A DNA stretch of 34,870 bases from Deltaproteobacteria bacterium (GCA_026129095.1 JAHCIT010000015.1:1-34870), one strand, 5' to 3'. Counted from the first letter of the stretch, positions 1-8,532 are shown. Numbers and translations: made by a program. The notes: a model not told the origin generated them from the letters alone.

Positions 1-267
1 AAGTTCACGAAAAATATTCAACCATGGCTAGAGCACGAGGCAGCGACGTTAGCGCACTGCGAGGAAATTCTGGAGGGAGCCGGCTGTTGGTCGCCGTTAT
101 TCCCGGCTCGTTGTGACGACGTGACGTTGGCGGCGGCGACGTGCGTGAAGGAGCTGGAAACGCTCATCGACAAAAGACCCACTCACGCTCGTTTCCGCGT
201 GTTTGTGCAGTCGTTGTCCGATGACGGTTTCCTAGGGTTCGCCCCTGAGAACGCCCCGCCGAAGTAG
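1..267 (+). CDS. C-terminal part of a ThiF/E1-like enzyme (Cap2-like); 5'-truncated by the window
   Basis: Frame 1 is open from base 1 to TAG at 265-267. It encodes ...EGAGCWSPLFPARCDDVTLAAA..., resembling the E-x-GC-x-x-P-x-FP catalytic-Cys region at the end of prokaryotic E1/ThiF proteins, and lies directly upstream of a JAB gene. Confidence 0.7.
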   Translation, partial: KFTKNIQPWLEHEAATLAHCEEILEGAGCWSPLFPARCDDVTLAAATCVKELETLIDKRPTHARFRVFVQSLSDDGFLGFAPENAPPK

Positions 268-272
268 GTGCG

Positions 273-770
273 ATGATGACCTGGAAGGGTAAGACCGAAG
301 GTGGTAGGTTTGCGGTGGAACTCCCGGATACTGTGATCAATGCGTTGGATCGTTACTGCCGCGAAGCGGGCTCTTCAGAAACCGGAGGGATCTTAATCGG
401 CCGCCACTCTGCGGACCTATCAGTGGCGACCGTGTACGAAGCGACGCCGCCTCCATCGGATTCTCGGCGAGGTCGTTCGTGGTTCTTGCGAGGCGTGAAC
501 GGCCTTCGGGAGATGCTCCATAAGCGTTGGCGGGCAGTGGAGCGCACCCACTACCTTGGCGAGTGGCATTTCCACCCCGTTGCCCATATCGAACCGAGCA
601 GCGACGACTTTGAGCAGATGATCGAGATTAACAATTCCAAGGATTACGACTGTAAAGAGCCGATAATGCTCATCCTCGGTACTGGGGAACGCCAACGGCA
701 GCGGCCGTTCCGTGCGTTCGTCTGTCCTGACGATGGTCCTCCACTGGAGCTGATAGCTATCCCGAACTAG
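273..770 (+). CDS. Mov34/MPN/JAB metalloprotease (Cap3-like, prokaryotic JAB)
   Basis: ETGGILIG, YLGEWHFHP and PSSDD give the JAMM E...HxH-x(7)-S-x2-D signature; it follows an E1-like gene. Confidence 0.88.
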   Translation: MMTWKGKTEGGRFAVELPDTVINALDRYCREAGSSETGGILIGRHSADLSVATVYEATPPPSDSRRGRSWFLRGVNGLREMLHKRWRAVERTHYLGEWHFHPVAHIEPSSDDFEQMIEINNSKDYDCKEPIMLILGTGERQRQRPFRAFVCPDDGPPLELIAIPN

Positions 771-838
771 AAGGACGGTAGTACCCCTCAAGTATCTCCC
801 ATATCATTCTCAGCCAGGCCGAACTGTTCGCCGAGAAG

Positions 839-865
839 TGGGCGGCGTAATTGGATGTCCGCCCA
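839..865. promoter_or_regulatory. 7-bp inverted repeat, possible operator upstream of the XRE gene
   Basis: TGGGCGG (839-845) and CCGCCCA (859-865) with a 13-nt spacer, in the intergenic region before the HTH regulator. Confidence 0.25.
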
Positions 866-898
866 AAAGTATCATTGTTGAGCAAATGACGAGTCTGC

Positions 899-1168
899 AT
901 GATTCCTCACATGAAGTGTGCGGAGAGCATACGGACTTTGCGAAGGCGGCTGGGACTCTCCCAGAAGGCCGTGGCCATCGAGGCGGACTTAAGACGGCAG
1001 ACGCTGTCTGGAATTGAATCCGGCCGGATCAACCCCACGAAGGTCGAAGCCGGAAAAATCGCAAAAGCTCTCTCCGTGCACACCCGTGAGGTGCTTGCAT
1101 GTCTACGGAATCAGCGTTCCCGTATCTGGACCAGCCGGAAGCAGCTGGACCGGAAGAAGAGACGATAG
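899..1168 (+). CDS. XRE/Cro-family helix-turn-helix regulator
   Basis: IRTLRRRLGLSQKAVAIEADLRRQTLSGIESGRINPT...KIAKAL is a typical HTH_3 pattern. The start could be ATG 911. Confidence 0.85.
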   Translation: MIPHMKCAESIRTLRRRLGLSQKAVAIEADLRRQTLSGIESGRINPTKVEAGKIAKALSVHTREVLACLRNQRSRIWTSRKQLDRKKRR

Positions 1169-2460
1169 AAGCGGACGAAACGGCCGCGGCCGCTGTGAGG
1201 GAACCGGTCAGGCCGTCCAGACCAGTTCCCACCGCGTCCCCGCTCACGCCGGAGGACGAGGAGGTGCTCCGCAAGATCGCCGAATCCCTCGGCGGTAACA
1301 CTGGTGGCAAGCTGTCCCTTCGCCTCCGGCGGTTCAGAAGGGGCGAGGGTCTGAAAAGCATCCGGGCAATTGCCCTGGAACGCTGGATGTTCGAGGACGG
1401 CTTTGATCTCGAAAAGGTGATCGGCGAGCACTATGGCGACGGCAAGTATCACTGGGAAATCCGGAACAGCGGGAAATATTTCAAGTCGGGCGTGTGCGAC
1501 ATCGAGACGTACGGCGCCTTTTCAGGCGACGACGAGGAAGATACGCAAGCTCCAGCGCCCGCCGGGGAACCTGTTCCTGTCGATCTTTCCGGCCTGACGT
1601 CCCGGATCAGGAGCGAGCTTCTGGCTGAACTGCGCCCCAGGGAAACGGCCCAGCCGCAGGTGGATATCGCCGGAATGGTCCGGTCGGCTCTCGAACCCGT
1701 GATCCGGGTTCTGGAATCGAAGGCGACGGAAAAGCAGTCGGATCCGTCCGTCGCGGCTGTTCTGGGACTTCTTTCCCAGCAGAACCAGACGCTGATGACA
1801 CTGATTGGCAAGGCACTGGAGACTCCCAGGGTGAATCCGGCGCCAGCGGCGGCCTCAGACCCGATCGATTCGTTTGGGAAGCTGCTAGACATAGCCAAAC
1901 AGCTCCAGCCGTCCATTTTCCCGATGCCTTCGATGACGGGTGGCAGCGATGACGACGGCTCCGGGGACGATGACGACGAGTTTTTACCGGAATCCCCTGA
2001 ACCTGTTCCAGCCGCATCTCTCGGCCAGCAGTTCCTGGACACGATCAAGGGTTCGGTTGGCCGGGTAGCTGAACAGTTCGTGCTCACAGGTGAAAAGGCC
2101 CTGACCGGCGGCCTTGCGGGTGGTCCTGAAACAGCGGGGCTTTCCGTCGCACCGCCGGCCGCAGCCGTACACCCTGCCCCGTCGGCCCCTCAGAACCCCG
2201 CCACGGTAGTCGAGGCCCTCCTGTGCGGCGTCGAGCAGTGCGTGAAAGAAAAGCGCCCTGTGAGTGAATTCCTGACGGCGCTCACCGCCGGAACGACCCC
2301 GGAGTTCATGGCATCCGCCCGTCAGCTCACCGTCGAGCAGATCACATCGTTTGGAGCGTCCATCGGACGCCCCGACCTCACCGAGCGGTTCCGCCAGCCC
2401 GACGTCCAGAAATACCTCGGCGAGGCCCTGTCGGCCCTCAAGGGAGGTGACGGCAAATGA
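1099..2460 (+). CDS. Hypothetical virus-associated protein (small N-terminal globular domain, then Pro/acidic low-complexity and helical regions)
   Basis: 453-aa ORF with RBS GAGGTG at 1088-1093, motif IGEHYGDGKYHWEI, and a stop overlapping the next ATG (ATGA). Confidence 0.75.
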   Translation: MSTESAFPYLDQPEAAGPEEETIEADETAAAAVREPVRPSRPVPTASPLTPEDEEVLRKIAESLGGNTGGKLSLRLRRFRRGEGLKSIRAIALERWMFEDGFDLEKVIGEHYGDGKYHWEIRNSGKYFKSGVCDIETYGAFSGDDEEDTQAPAPAGEPVPVDLSGLTSRIRSELLAELRPRETAQPQVDIAGMVRSALEPVIRVLESKATEKQSDPSVAAVLGLLSQQNQTLMTLIGKALETPRVNPAPAAASDPIDSFGKLLDIAKQLQPSIFPMPSMTGGSDDDGSGDDDDEFLPESPEPVPAASLGQQFLDTIKGSVGRVAEQFVLTGEKALTGGLAGGPETAGLSVAPPAAAVHPAPSAPQNPATVVEALLCGVEQCVKEKRPVSEFLTALTAGTTPEFMASARQLTVEQITSFGASIGRPDLTERFRQPDVQKYLGEALSALKGGDGK

Positions 2461-3599
2461 ACATTCCTGAAATCCCGGTCCGGCAGATCCCCTACAACAT
2501 GTCCCGGGGCATGAAGGGGACGAAGATCACGCTCGCGCACATGGCGCTGGTCATGTGGAAGACGAGCCATTCGACGCGGCTGGCGAGGTTCGCCCGCGAC
2601 GTGATTTCGCGGGCGAAGATCAGGGAGTACGACCAGCTTGGCGAGATCACGGCGCTCTTCTCATGGGTCCGGCGGAACGTCCGGTATACCCGCGACCCCC
2701 AGAACCACGAATGGCTACAAACGCCGCTCGTCACGGTCCTGTTCGGACACGGGGACTGCGACTGCCAGGCGATGCTTCTGGGGACGCTGCTGATGAGCAT
2801 TGGCTATCCAGTGCGTATCGTCATTGTCGGAAACGCGCCGGACCAGTTCTTTCACGTCTTTCTCGCCGCCCGTTACCGGAAGGACGGACAGGACCAGTGG
2901 ATTGATCTTGATCCCACGGTGGCTGACGGACTTGGCCTCAAGCGCATCTTCGCCGCACGGCGGGAGTTCGACGTCCTGGAACAGGGTGCACTGAAGGAAA
3001 CGAGCACAGCCCCAGCCTACGGCCTCGGGAACTTTCTCGGCGACCTGTTCGCCGGGCCGCCGAAGGTGATCTCGATGAAGGTAGGCTCAAAGGAAATCCG
3101 TGTGCCTTGGAGTGTCCGGGATATTCCGTATGTCTCGGACGCCGAATGGGACAACTGGTTCCGCCAGCTCAAGGAGACCCTGACTCCGGAGGAGATCCTC
3201 CAGGTCGAGGCAGGATTCGACCGGCTGGAGCAGGCAGGGGCGCTTTCGAATAAATCGCCTGAACTCTCCGGCCTCTGGGACAAGGTGAAAAAGGGGCTCA
3301 AGAAAGTGGCCGCCCCGCTGGCCGTCGTCGCCGCTCCCATCACCGGCGGCGCGTCGATCGCGGCCCTTGCAGCCTACAAGGGCGGGAAGGCGATGGCGGG
3401 GAAGAAGGCCGCCGCGCCCGGCCGGGCTTCCAAGGCGCCGCGCACGCCGAAGGCTCCCAAAGCCAGGGCGGAGGTCAAGGCCGACACCCCGGATGCCATT
3501 CCGGCCGTGAAGGCCGAAGCCGGCCGTAACTACCTCCTCATGGGCGGGGGGCTCGCCGCTGCCGGCGGCCTTGCGTACGTCGCCACCCGGGACTCCTGA
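2457..3599 (+). CDS. Transglutaminase-like (papain-fold Cys-His-Asp) protein with a C-terminal membrane anchor
   Basis: WVRRNVRYTRDP, GDCDCQAMLL (Cys ~2757), FFHVF (His ~2853) and WIDLDPT (Asp ~2910); hydrophobic C-terminus YLLMGGGLAAAGGLAYVATR. Confidence 0.85.
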   Translation: MNIPEIPVRQIPYNMSRGMKGTKITLAHMALVMWKTSHSTRLARFARDVISRAKIREYDQLGEITALFSWVRRNVRYTRDPQNHEWLQTPLVTVLFGHGDCDCQAMLLGTLLMSIGYPVRIVIVGNAPDQFFHVFLAARYRKDGQDQWIDLDPTVADGLGLKRIFAARREFDVLEQGALKETSTAPAYGLGNFLGDLFAGPPKVISMKVGSKEIRVPWSVRDIPYVSDAEWDNWFRQLKETLTPEEILQVEAGFDRLEQAGALSNKSPELSGLWDKVKKGLKKVAAPLAVVAAPITGGASIAALAAYKGGKAMAGKKAAAPGRASKAPRTPKAPKARAEVKADTPDAIPAVKAEAGRNYLLMGGGLAAAGGLAYVATRDS

Positions 3600-3616
3600 A
3601 AGCGAAAACGTTCACG

Positions 3617-4567
3617 ATGAAGAATTCCCGCCCCGTCACGCTGTCAGTCCGGATCGGCCCCAGGTCGCTGGTGTTTCCATGGTCATCCGGCGCGCTTTCG
3701 CAAAAGTCTGACGGCGAGATCGATGACTGGCTCATGCGCCAGAATCTCTCGGCAGGGGAGCTGGGCACGCTGGCAGAGCTGTTCGGAAGGCTTTCGTGTC
3801 CGAACGAACTCACGCCGCTTGGCGATCCGAACCTGGGGCGCGTGAGCAAGGTGGCCCAACGGCGGCTCCCGCCGCCGGTGGCAAGGCAATTAAGACAGAT
3901 CCAGGCGAGCCGGAAGAAACTGATCGCCGAGCGGAAAGCGCTCGCAAAAGCCCGGTCAGCGGCGCAGGCCGCACAATCGGCCGCAGTGACTGCGCCGCCA
4001 CACGTTTCCCCGTCGCCCGTTTCACTGCCGCCCGCTTCGCCGACTCCGGTTGTTACGGCTGCGCCAGCAGCTGAGCCTCCCAAAAGCCTGGAACCCGTCG
4101 TGGAGCCGCTGATTCCGCCGGTGGAAAGACAGGCGACGATAGCACCGGCACAGTCGCCGGTTACCCAGACGGCTTTCGTTCCGGACTATCTGCCGCCGCC
4201 AGCCGTGCCGCAGGTCGTCGTGCAGGTTCCGCAGATGGTCCAGGCGTCCCCGGCGGCCACTGCGCCGGAGCCGCCTGGACAGGCAGTTTTTGCGCCGCCG
4301 GGCGCCGCCGCTCACGCCGTCCCTTCACCGGCCACGCCGCCAGTGCCCATTGTGCCGGTTCCGGCGGTTTATTCCACTCCAGCATATCGACCGCCGGTTT
4401 ATCCCTATCCGTTAACAGAAGATGACGGCGCGTGGGACGAGGAGGACTATTCCGGCGACTACGAGGAGTTTGGAAACACGGAGCCGCAAAAGACGGTCTT
4501 TGGGGAACTTCTCGCCGGAGCCGGTTTGCTCGGAATGCTCGCCTGGCTGATTGCGAGGAAAACATGA
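3617..4567 (+). CDS. Pro/Ala-rich protein with a C-terminal transmembrane anchor (putative virion membrane protein)
   Basis: 316 aa; long Pro-rich stalk, acidic patch, C-terminal LLAGAGLLGMLAWLIARKT; ATGA overlap with the next gene. Confidence 0.7.
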   Translation: MKNSRPVTLSVRIGPRSLVFPWSSGALSQKSDGEIDDWLMRQNLSAGELGTLAELFGRLSCPNELTPLGDPNLGRVSKVAQRRLPPPVARQLRQIQASRKKLIAERKALAKARSAAQAAQSAAVTAPPHVSPSPVSLPPASPTPVVTAAPAAEPPKSLEPVVEPLIPPVERQATIAPAQSPVTQTAFVPDYLPPPAVPQVVVQVPQMVQASPAATAPEPPGQAVFAPPGAAAHAVPSPATPPVPIVPVPAVYSTPAYRPPVYPYPLTEDDGAWDEEDYSGDYEEFGNTEPQKTVFGELLAGAGLLGMLAWLIARKT

Positions 4568-5217
4568 TCCGGCTCATCACATCGGCAGTGGGACGTCTGG
4601 CCGACACGAAGGCCAGGATCGTGCTGTTGCTCCGGAACCAGTCGGTTCTGGCCCGGCAGACGCAGCGGATCGGGGAGTTTGCCAGACGTCATCCGGAAAT
4701 CCGCGTGGACTGGCTCGCCTACGGCACCGGGATCAGGGAGCTTGAGAGCAGGATCGACAGGATCATTGCCGACGAGACGGCCCTGAGGACTGACTTGAAA
4801 ACCTGGATCGACCGCAACTTCGGCTCCGAACCGGCCGTGAAGATCGATCTGGAGCCGCTCGGCATCCGGAACCTCTCTGGCGAGCTTCCCCTGGAGCCGC
4901 TTCTCAATCTCGGCGACGGCACCGTCACCTCGCTCGCCGGGCGGATATTCGATCTCCAGAGCCGGGTTCGAACAGCACTGGCTCTCATCGACAGCCTGCA
5001 GCACTCGCACGCGGAGACGCTCCGCCGGGTGCGGGAAGTCGTTGCTGGGAAGCCTGAAATCCTCAAGGACCTGGACGGCGTCATCGCCGCCAACGAAGCC
5101 GACCGGATCACCGGCATGGGGACCGATCCGGGCATTTATATCCTGTCGGGCCTTGCCGCGTGGTTTTCGTGGAAACTCTACCGCTGGGCCTCGAAGCCGA
5201 AAGAGACAAGTGCATGA
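4564..5217 (+). CDS. Helical/coiled-coil protein with a C-terminal membrane anchor
   Basis: Start reassigned to ATG 4564 (GAGGAA upstream, ATGA overlap); heptad-like helices; C-terminal IYILSGLAAWFSWKLYRW followed by basic residues. Confidence 0.7.
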   Translation: MIRLITSAVGRLADTKARIVLLLRNQSVLARQTQRIGEFARRHPEIRVDWLAYGTGIRELESRIDRIIADETALRTDLKTWIDRNFGSEPAVKIDLEPLGIRNLSGELPLEPLLNLGDGTVTSLAGRIFDLQSRVRTALALIDSLQHSHAETLRRVREVVAGKPEILKDLDGVIAANEADRITGMGTDPGIYILSGLAAWFSWKLYRWASKPKETSA

Positions 5218-5807
5218 AGCCGTATCCGGTCATGGAAGAGAAGGCGGAAGTGGTGCGGATGAATCCGGCAGATGCTCTCGCGCCGTCTGCTGCCGCTGAC
5301 AAAACGCCGGTCTCGCCGCCCCGGAAGGCCGCGAAAACGCGCGTGGGTGCGAACGTCCAGCTCTCGCTCATCGGGCTTCTCAAGGGGCTCGTCTACGTGG
5401 ACGGATACCACCGGCAGATATCCTACACCCCGAAGCGGGCGGTCCTCGTCTGTCAGGCTCCGAACAGGAAACTTGTCTTTGCCTACGGCGCAAGGCCGTC
5501 GAAACTTCCGCACGCGGCCATCTCGTCCGTTGTCCTCTCGAACTTCCAGGAGTTCAACGGCTTCCCGGTCCGCCGGATTCTGGATTCGGTCACGACCCGG
5601 AAATATGGCCAGACGAAATACCTCGGCCAGCTCACCGATATCGTCTACTGGTCGGACAAGTGCATTGACCCCGCAAGCTGCCGTTCGGCGGCCGACTATC
5701 ACCACAGGTTTGAGCCTGAATTTCCCAGGCTTTTCGTCAATCCCGGCGAGCTGCTCCTTCTCGAAGGAGGTTCGTACACCATCACCCGCCGGGGCATCGC
5801 CGGCTGA
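5214..5807 (+). CDS. Hypothetical virus protein with an internally duplicated beta-rich domain
   Basis: Start reassigned to ATG 5214 (ATGA overlap); RMNP near the N-terminus; C-terminal LGQLTDIVYWSDK...YHHRF...LLLEGGSYTITRRGIAG. Confidence 0.7.
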   Translation: MKPYPVMEEKAEVVRMNPADALAPSAAADKTPVSPPRKAAKTRVGANVQLSLIGLLKGLVYVDGYHRQISYTPKRAVLVCQAPNRKLVFAYGARPSKLPHAAISSVVLSNFQEFNGFPVRRILDSVTTRKYGQTKYLGQLTDIVYWSDKCIDPASCRSAADYHHRFEPEFPRLFVNPGELLLLEGGSYTITRRGIAG

Positions 5808-5822
5808 AGCGTAGACGCTTCA
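5805..5822 (+). other. Short hairpin over the stop codon
   Basis: TGAAGCGT-AG-ACGCTTCA, a perfect 8-bp inverted repeat with no U-tract. Confidence 0.35.
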
Positions 5823-5884
5823 CCCAGTTGGCTGGCGAAGCCCGGAGAACCAACCACTAATCACCCCTGAAAAGGAAACCCGCC

Positions 5885-7015
5885 ATGCCCAGCAAGAAGT
5901 CCCGCAAGAACCCCGCCCCGCTCGTTGGGAGCGTCATTGCCAATCCGGCCCTCTACACCAAGCGCCTCAAGGGAGGCGAGAAGGTCTATTTCAACGTTGG
6001 GCAGAACGCGAAGGTCGAGCGGAGCCAGACCCGGCCGCAGTATATCATCGTGACAGCACCACAGGACGCTCCCGGGCGGCCGAAAATGGCGCGCCGCCGC
6101 CCCCCGGCACCGCCCCCTCCGGCCCCGGTGCAGCCGGCTCCTGTGACGCCCCGCCCCGCGCAGCCTCGTCCCATGGCCCCACGCCCCGCACCTGGAGCAC
6201 GGCCCAGGGCAAAGCAATCGAAATCGCACAAAAAGCACCGTCGCCCCAAGCCGCCCTCGCCTGCAACAAGCTACCGTCCGCCGTTCCCGCCCTTTACCCG
6301 GCCTTCGGAACAGACGCGCCAGAACCCGCTCTTTGGCGGCGGCGATAGCGGAGCTGGCGAGATGGCGAAAACCGCCGGCGAGGCCTTGATGGTATTCGTG
6401 GCCCTGGGGCTCGGCATCCCGCTCGTGAAGCGGGTCCTTTTGAACGTCCTCAGGAAACCCGAGGCGGGGCCGGATGGAAAGCCGACGGTCGTTTCGCACG
6501 CCATCCAGGCGGGTCTTGCGGCCATCGCCTTCGGCGCGGCCGGGAAGGCGATAAAGGACTCCACGCTGAAGACTCTCGTCCAGGGAGCAGCCGTGGCGAC
6601 GGCGGTGGCCCCGGCCGTCAATCAGCTCATCGAAAAGATAAAACCCGGTGCGGGGCTGAGGCTCCTTGGGGATCCGGCCGATTCTGCTCCCATCAGCCTC
6701 AATTTCAATGTCGATCCGCTGCCGCTCACCGAAGGCCTTTCGGCTGACCTCCAGGACCTGGATACGAATCCCGCCATCGACCGGATGCTGACGGAAAAGG
6801 CCGCCGATCTGGGCGCTCCGCAGGTGGCCCCGGCCGGTGAGCCGCTGTTCCGCGGACTTGGTTCTCCGCAGGTCGCCCCCGCCAGTGAACCCCTTTTTCG
6901 CGGTCTAGGAGAAGCCGAAGAAAGGCTTCTTGACCCGGCCGACACCGATCCCGCTGGTCCCACATCCATTGCAGCCAGTGAGCCGCTCCATCTCGGGGCG
7001 CTCTACATCAACTGA
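5885..7015 (+). CDS. Basic Pro/Arg-rich membrane protein immediately upstream of the capsid gene (putative core/membrane protein)
   Basis: RBS AAGGA; basic N-terminal half with RKNP and RQNP; about three Gly/Ala-rich hydrophobic helices; C-terminal repeats ending in LG. Confidence 0.75.
   Translation: MPSKKSRKNPAPLVGSVIANPALYTKRLKGGEKVYFNVGQNAKVERSQTRPQYIIVTAPQDAPGRPKMARRRPPAPPPPAPVQPAPVTPRPAQPRPMAPRPAPGARPRAKQSKSHKKHRRPKPPSPATSYRPPFPPFTRPSEQTRQNPLFGGGDSGAGEMAKTAGEALMVFVALGLGIPLVKRVLLNVLRKPEAGPDGKPTVVSHAIQAGLAAIAFGAAGKAIKDSTLKTLVQGAAVATAVAPAVNQLIEKIKPGAGLRLLGDPADSAPISLNFNVDPLPLTEGLSADLQDLDTNPAIDRMLTEKAADLGAPQVAPAGEPLFRGLGSPQVAPASEPLFRGLGEAEERLLDPADTDPAGPTSIAASEPLHLGALYIN
6809..6910 (+). repeat. 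48-nt (16-aa) intragenic tandem repeat, two full copies plus a partial
   Basis: LGAPQVAPAGEPLFRG / LGSPQVAPASEPLFRG / LG; units start at 6809, 6857 and 6905 and differ mostly at synonymous sites. Confidence 0.9.
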
Positions 7016-7043
7016 ACCACCCCAACCAAAGGAAACCACAGTC

Positions 7044-7877
7044 ATGAACGACACCGACAATCTCTACGGACAGCTCCACGGCCTCTACGGCGACGAAGGC
7101 ATGAGGGAGATCGAGCCTGAACTGGGTGCGATGCCCCCGGCCGAGCAGAAGAAGGTCGCCCGGCACCTGGTGCGCCAGGGGCGCCTCATGCGGCTAGCGG
7201 CCCGGAAAAGCGTCGCCGACGAGCAGAAGACAAGGCGCATCGGCGGCTTCGACGAGGAAAACGTCATTCGCGACTGGGCGCGCCGCAAGGGAATCCCCTT
7301 CGAGCGGCTCAAGATCGAGAACGTCCGGTGGTTCCACCGCCGGTATGTGGACATCGGGACTCCGGCGGGCCTCCAGACGTCGCGCTACGCCTTCTTCAGC
7401 GAGGTGCCCAAGCCCGGCGCCCAGGACACGAACTTCGACATGTGGGGCGAGTGGCCGCAGACGACGCTCGTTCTGCTCCGGGGGATCATGAGCCAGGTGC
7501 TCATCCACTCGCTCGGCGCGGCGCCGGTCGACCGGTCGGCCAGCGGCTACCTCTCGATGGTGCAGCGGTTTCTGCACCACGCGACGGTCTCCTACAAGGT
7601 GGACCAGTCGACGACGGTGACGCAGCTCCTGAAAAACCTGCCCCCGGCGGGCGGAGCCAACGTTGTGAATATCCGCGACGAGTCGAATGGCTATCCGGAG
7701 GCGAACAATCTCCGGACATTCAAGCGCCCCGTCGTGATCGAGGGCGGCATCCAGTACCTGATCGAGATGAACGTCGATACCGGCTCGTTCCATAACGGCG
7801 GCACGCCGGTCTATACCGACTGCGTCCTCGACACGGTCCTTGAGCTCGATGCCACCTGGATCCGCCAGGCCGGGTAA
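7044..7877 (+). CDS. Putative major capsid protein (single jelly-roll type)
   Basis: Start reassigned to ATG 7044 (AAGGAAACC upstream). Pattern FF...DTN...G...LRGI...NGYPEANN...PVVIEGG...LELDATWIR of alternating beta strands recalls capsid proteins of uncultured tailless viruses; central position in the operon. Confidence 0.6.
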   Translation: MNDTDNLYGQLHGLYGDEGMREIEPELGAMPPAEQKKVARHLVRQGRLMRLAARKSVADEQKTRRIGGFDEENVIRDWARRKGIPFERLKIENVRWFHRRYVDIGTPAGLQTSRYAFFSEVPKPGAQDTNFDMWGEWPQTTLVLLRGIMSQVLIHSLGAAPVDRSASGYLSMVQRFLHHATVSYKVDQSTTVTQLLKNLPPAGGANVVNIRDESNGYPEANNLRTFKRPVVIEGGIQYLIEMNVDTGSFHNGGTPVYTDCVLDTVLELDATWIRQAG

Positions 7878-7898
7878 CTGGCATTACAGCGCACCTTC

Positions 7899-7944
7899 TG
7901 GCGAACTGAGAAAAAACCCTCAGGGCTTTACCTCACGTTCGCCA
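7899..7944 (+). other. Intergenic stem-loop 1 after the capsid gene
   Basis: TGGCGAAC-TGAG (7899-7910) pairs with CTCA-C-GTTCGCCA (7932-7944); inner CCC-TCA-GGG. Confidence 0.7.
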
Positions 7945-7960
7945 CTCCCTCCCTCCTCCT

Positions 7961-8028
7961 GCCGGACCGGGCAGCGGACGCTCCGCTAGCCGCCCAAGAT
8001 GGGTGCAGCCTTCGCTGCCCGGTCCGGC
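7961..8028 (+). other. Intergenic stem-loop 2 (perfect 16-bp inverted repeat)
   Basis: GCCGGACCGGGCAGCG (7961-7976) is the exact reverse complement of CGCTGCCCGGTCCGGC (8013-8028); inner hairpin GCCCA-AGA-TGGGT. Confidence 0.85.
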
Positions 8029-8052
8029 CCCTCCTTACCAAGGAAACCGGTC

Positions 8053-8532
8053 ATGGACTTCACGCAGCAGTATCCAAAGTGGTTTGTGGACGAGTTCGAG
8101 AGGATCCGTGCGAAGCACGGCGCCCGGAAGATCATCCAGCCCTCGTTCCATCCGGCGGCTTTCACGGACCTTACCGGAACCTTCACGGCGGCGAGCGAGC
8201 ACAGCACCGTCGTGACGATCCCGCAGAAGGAGATTTTCGTGCTCTTCGGCTTCCGCTACGCCACGACGGACATGGAAAGAATGCTCCAGTACCCGTTCCG
8301 GATGAAGGTGAGCGATCCGAGCCGCCAGGAGGCCTTGCTGCCCAGCTACGTCTTCGCGCCGTCGGTCTGCTCGACGGCGGCGTTTTTCTCCCCGCTCATG
8401 GTCCCGGTGGAGTTACCTGGCAGTTCGATCCTCAAGATCGACATCAAGATGCCGGAAGGGCTTCCAGGCGGAAACGAATACATCCCGGAGATCGTCCTCT
8501 GCGGCGTCTCGCTGCTCGAAGGCCTGCTCTGA
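8053..8532 (+). CDS. Putative second/minor capsid protein (single jelly-roll-like)
   Basis: Start reassigned to ATG 8053 (AAGGAAACC upstream); 159 aa with about eight beta-like segments: VVTIP..FVLFGFRY..FRMKVSD..PLMVPVELPGSSILKIDI..EIVLCGV. Confidence 0.55.
   Translation: MDFTQQYPKWFVDEFERIRAKHGARKIIQPSFHPAAFTDLTGTFTAASEHSTVVTIPQKEIFVLFGFRYATTDMERMLQYPFRMKVSDPSRQEALLPSYVFAPSVCSTAAFFSPLMVPVELPGSSILKIDIKMPEGLPGGNEYIPEIVLCGVSLLEGLL

Noticed and set aside
899-2460. Frameshifted single gene joining the XRE ORF and the 1099 ORF
   Set aside because: The 1099 ORF has its own well-spaced RBS (GAGGTG) and the HTH domain is complete before the overlap.
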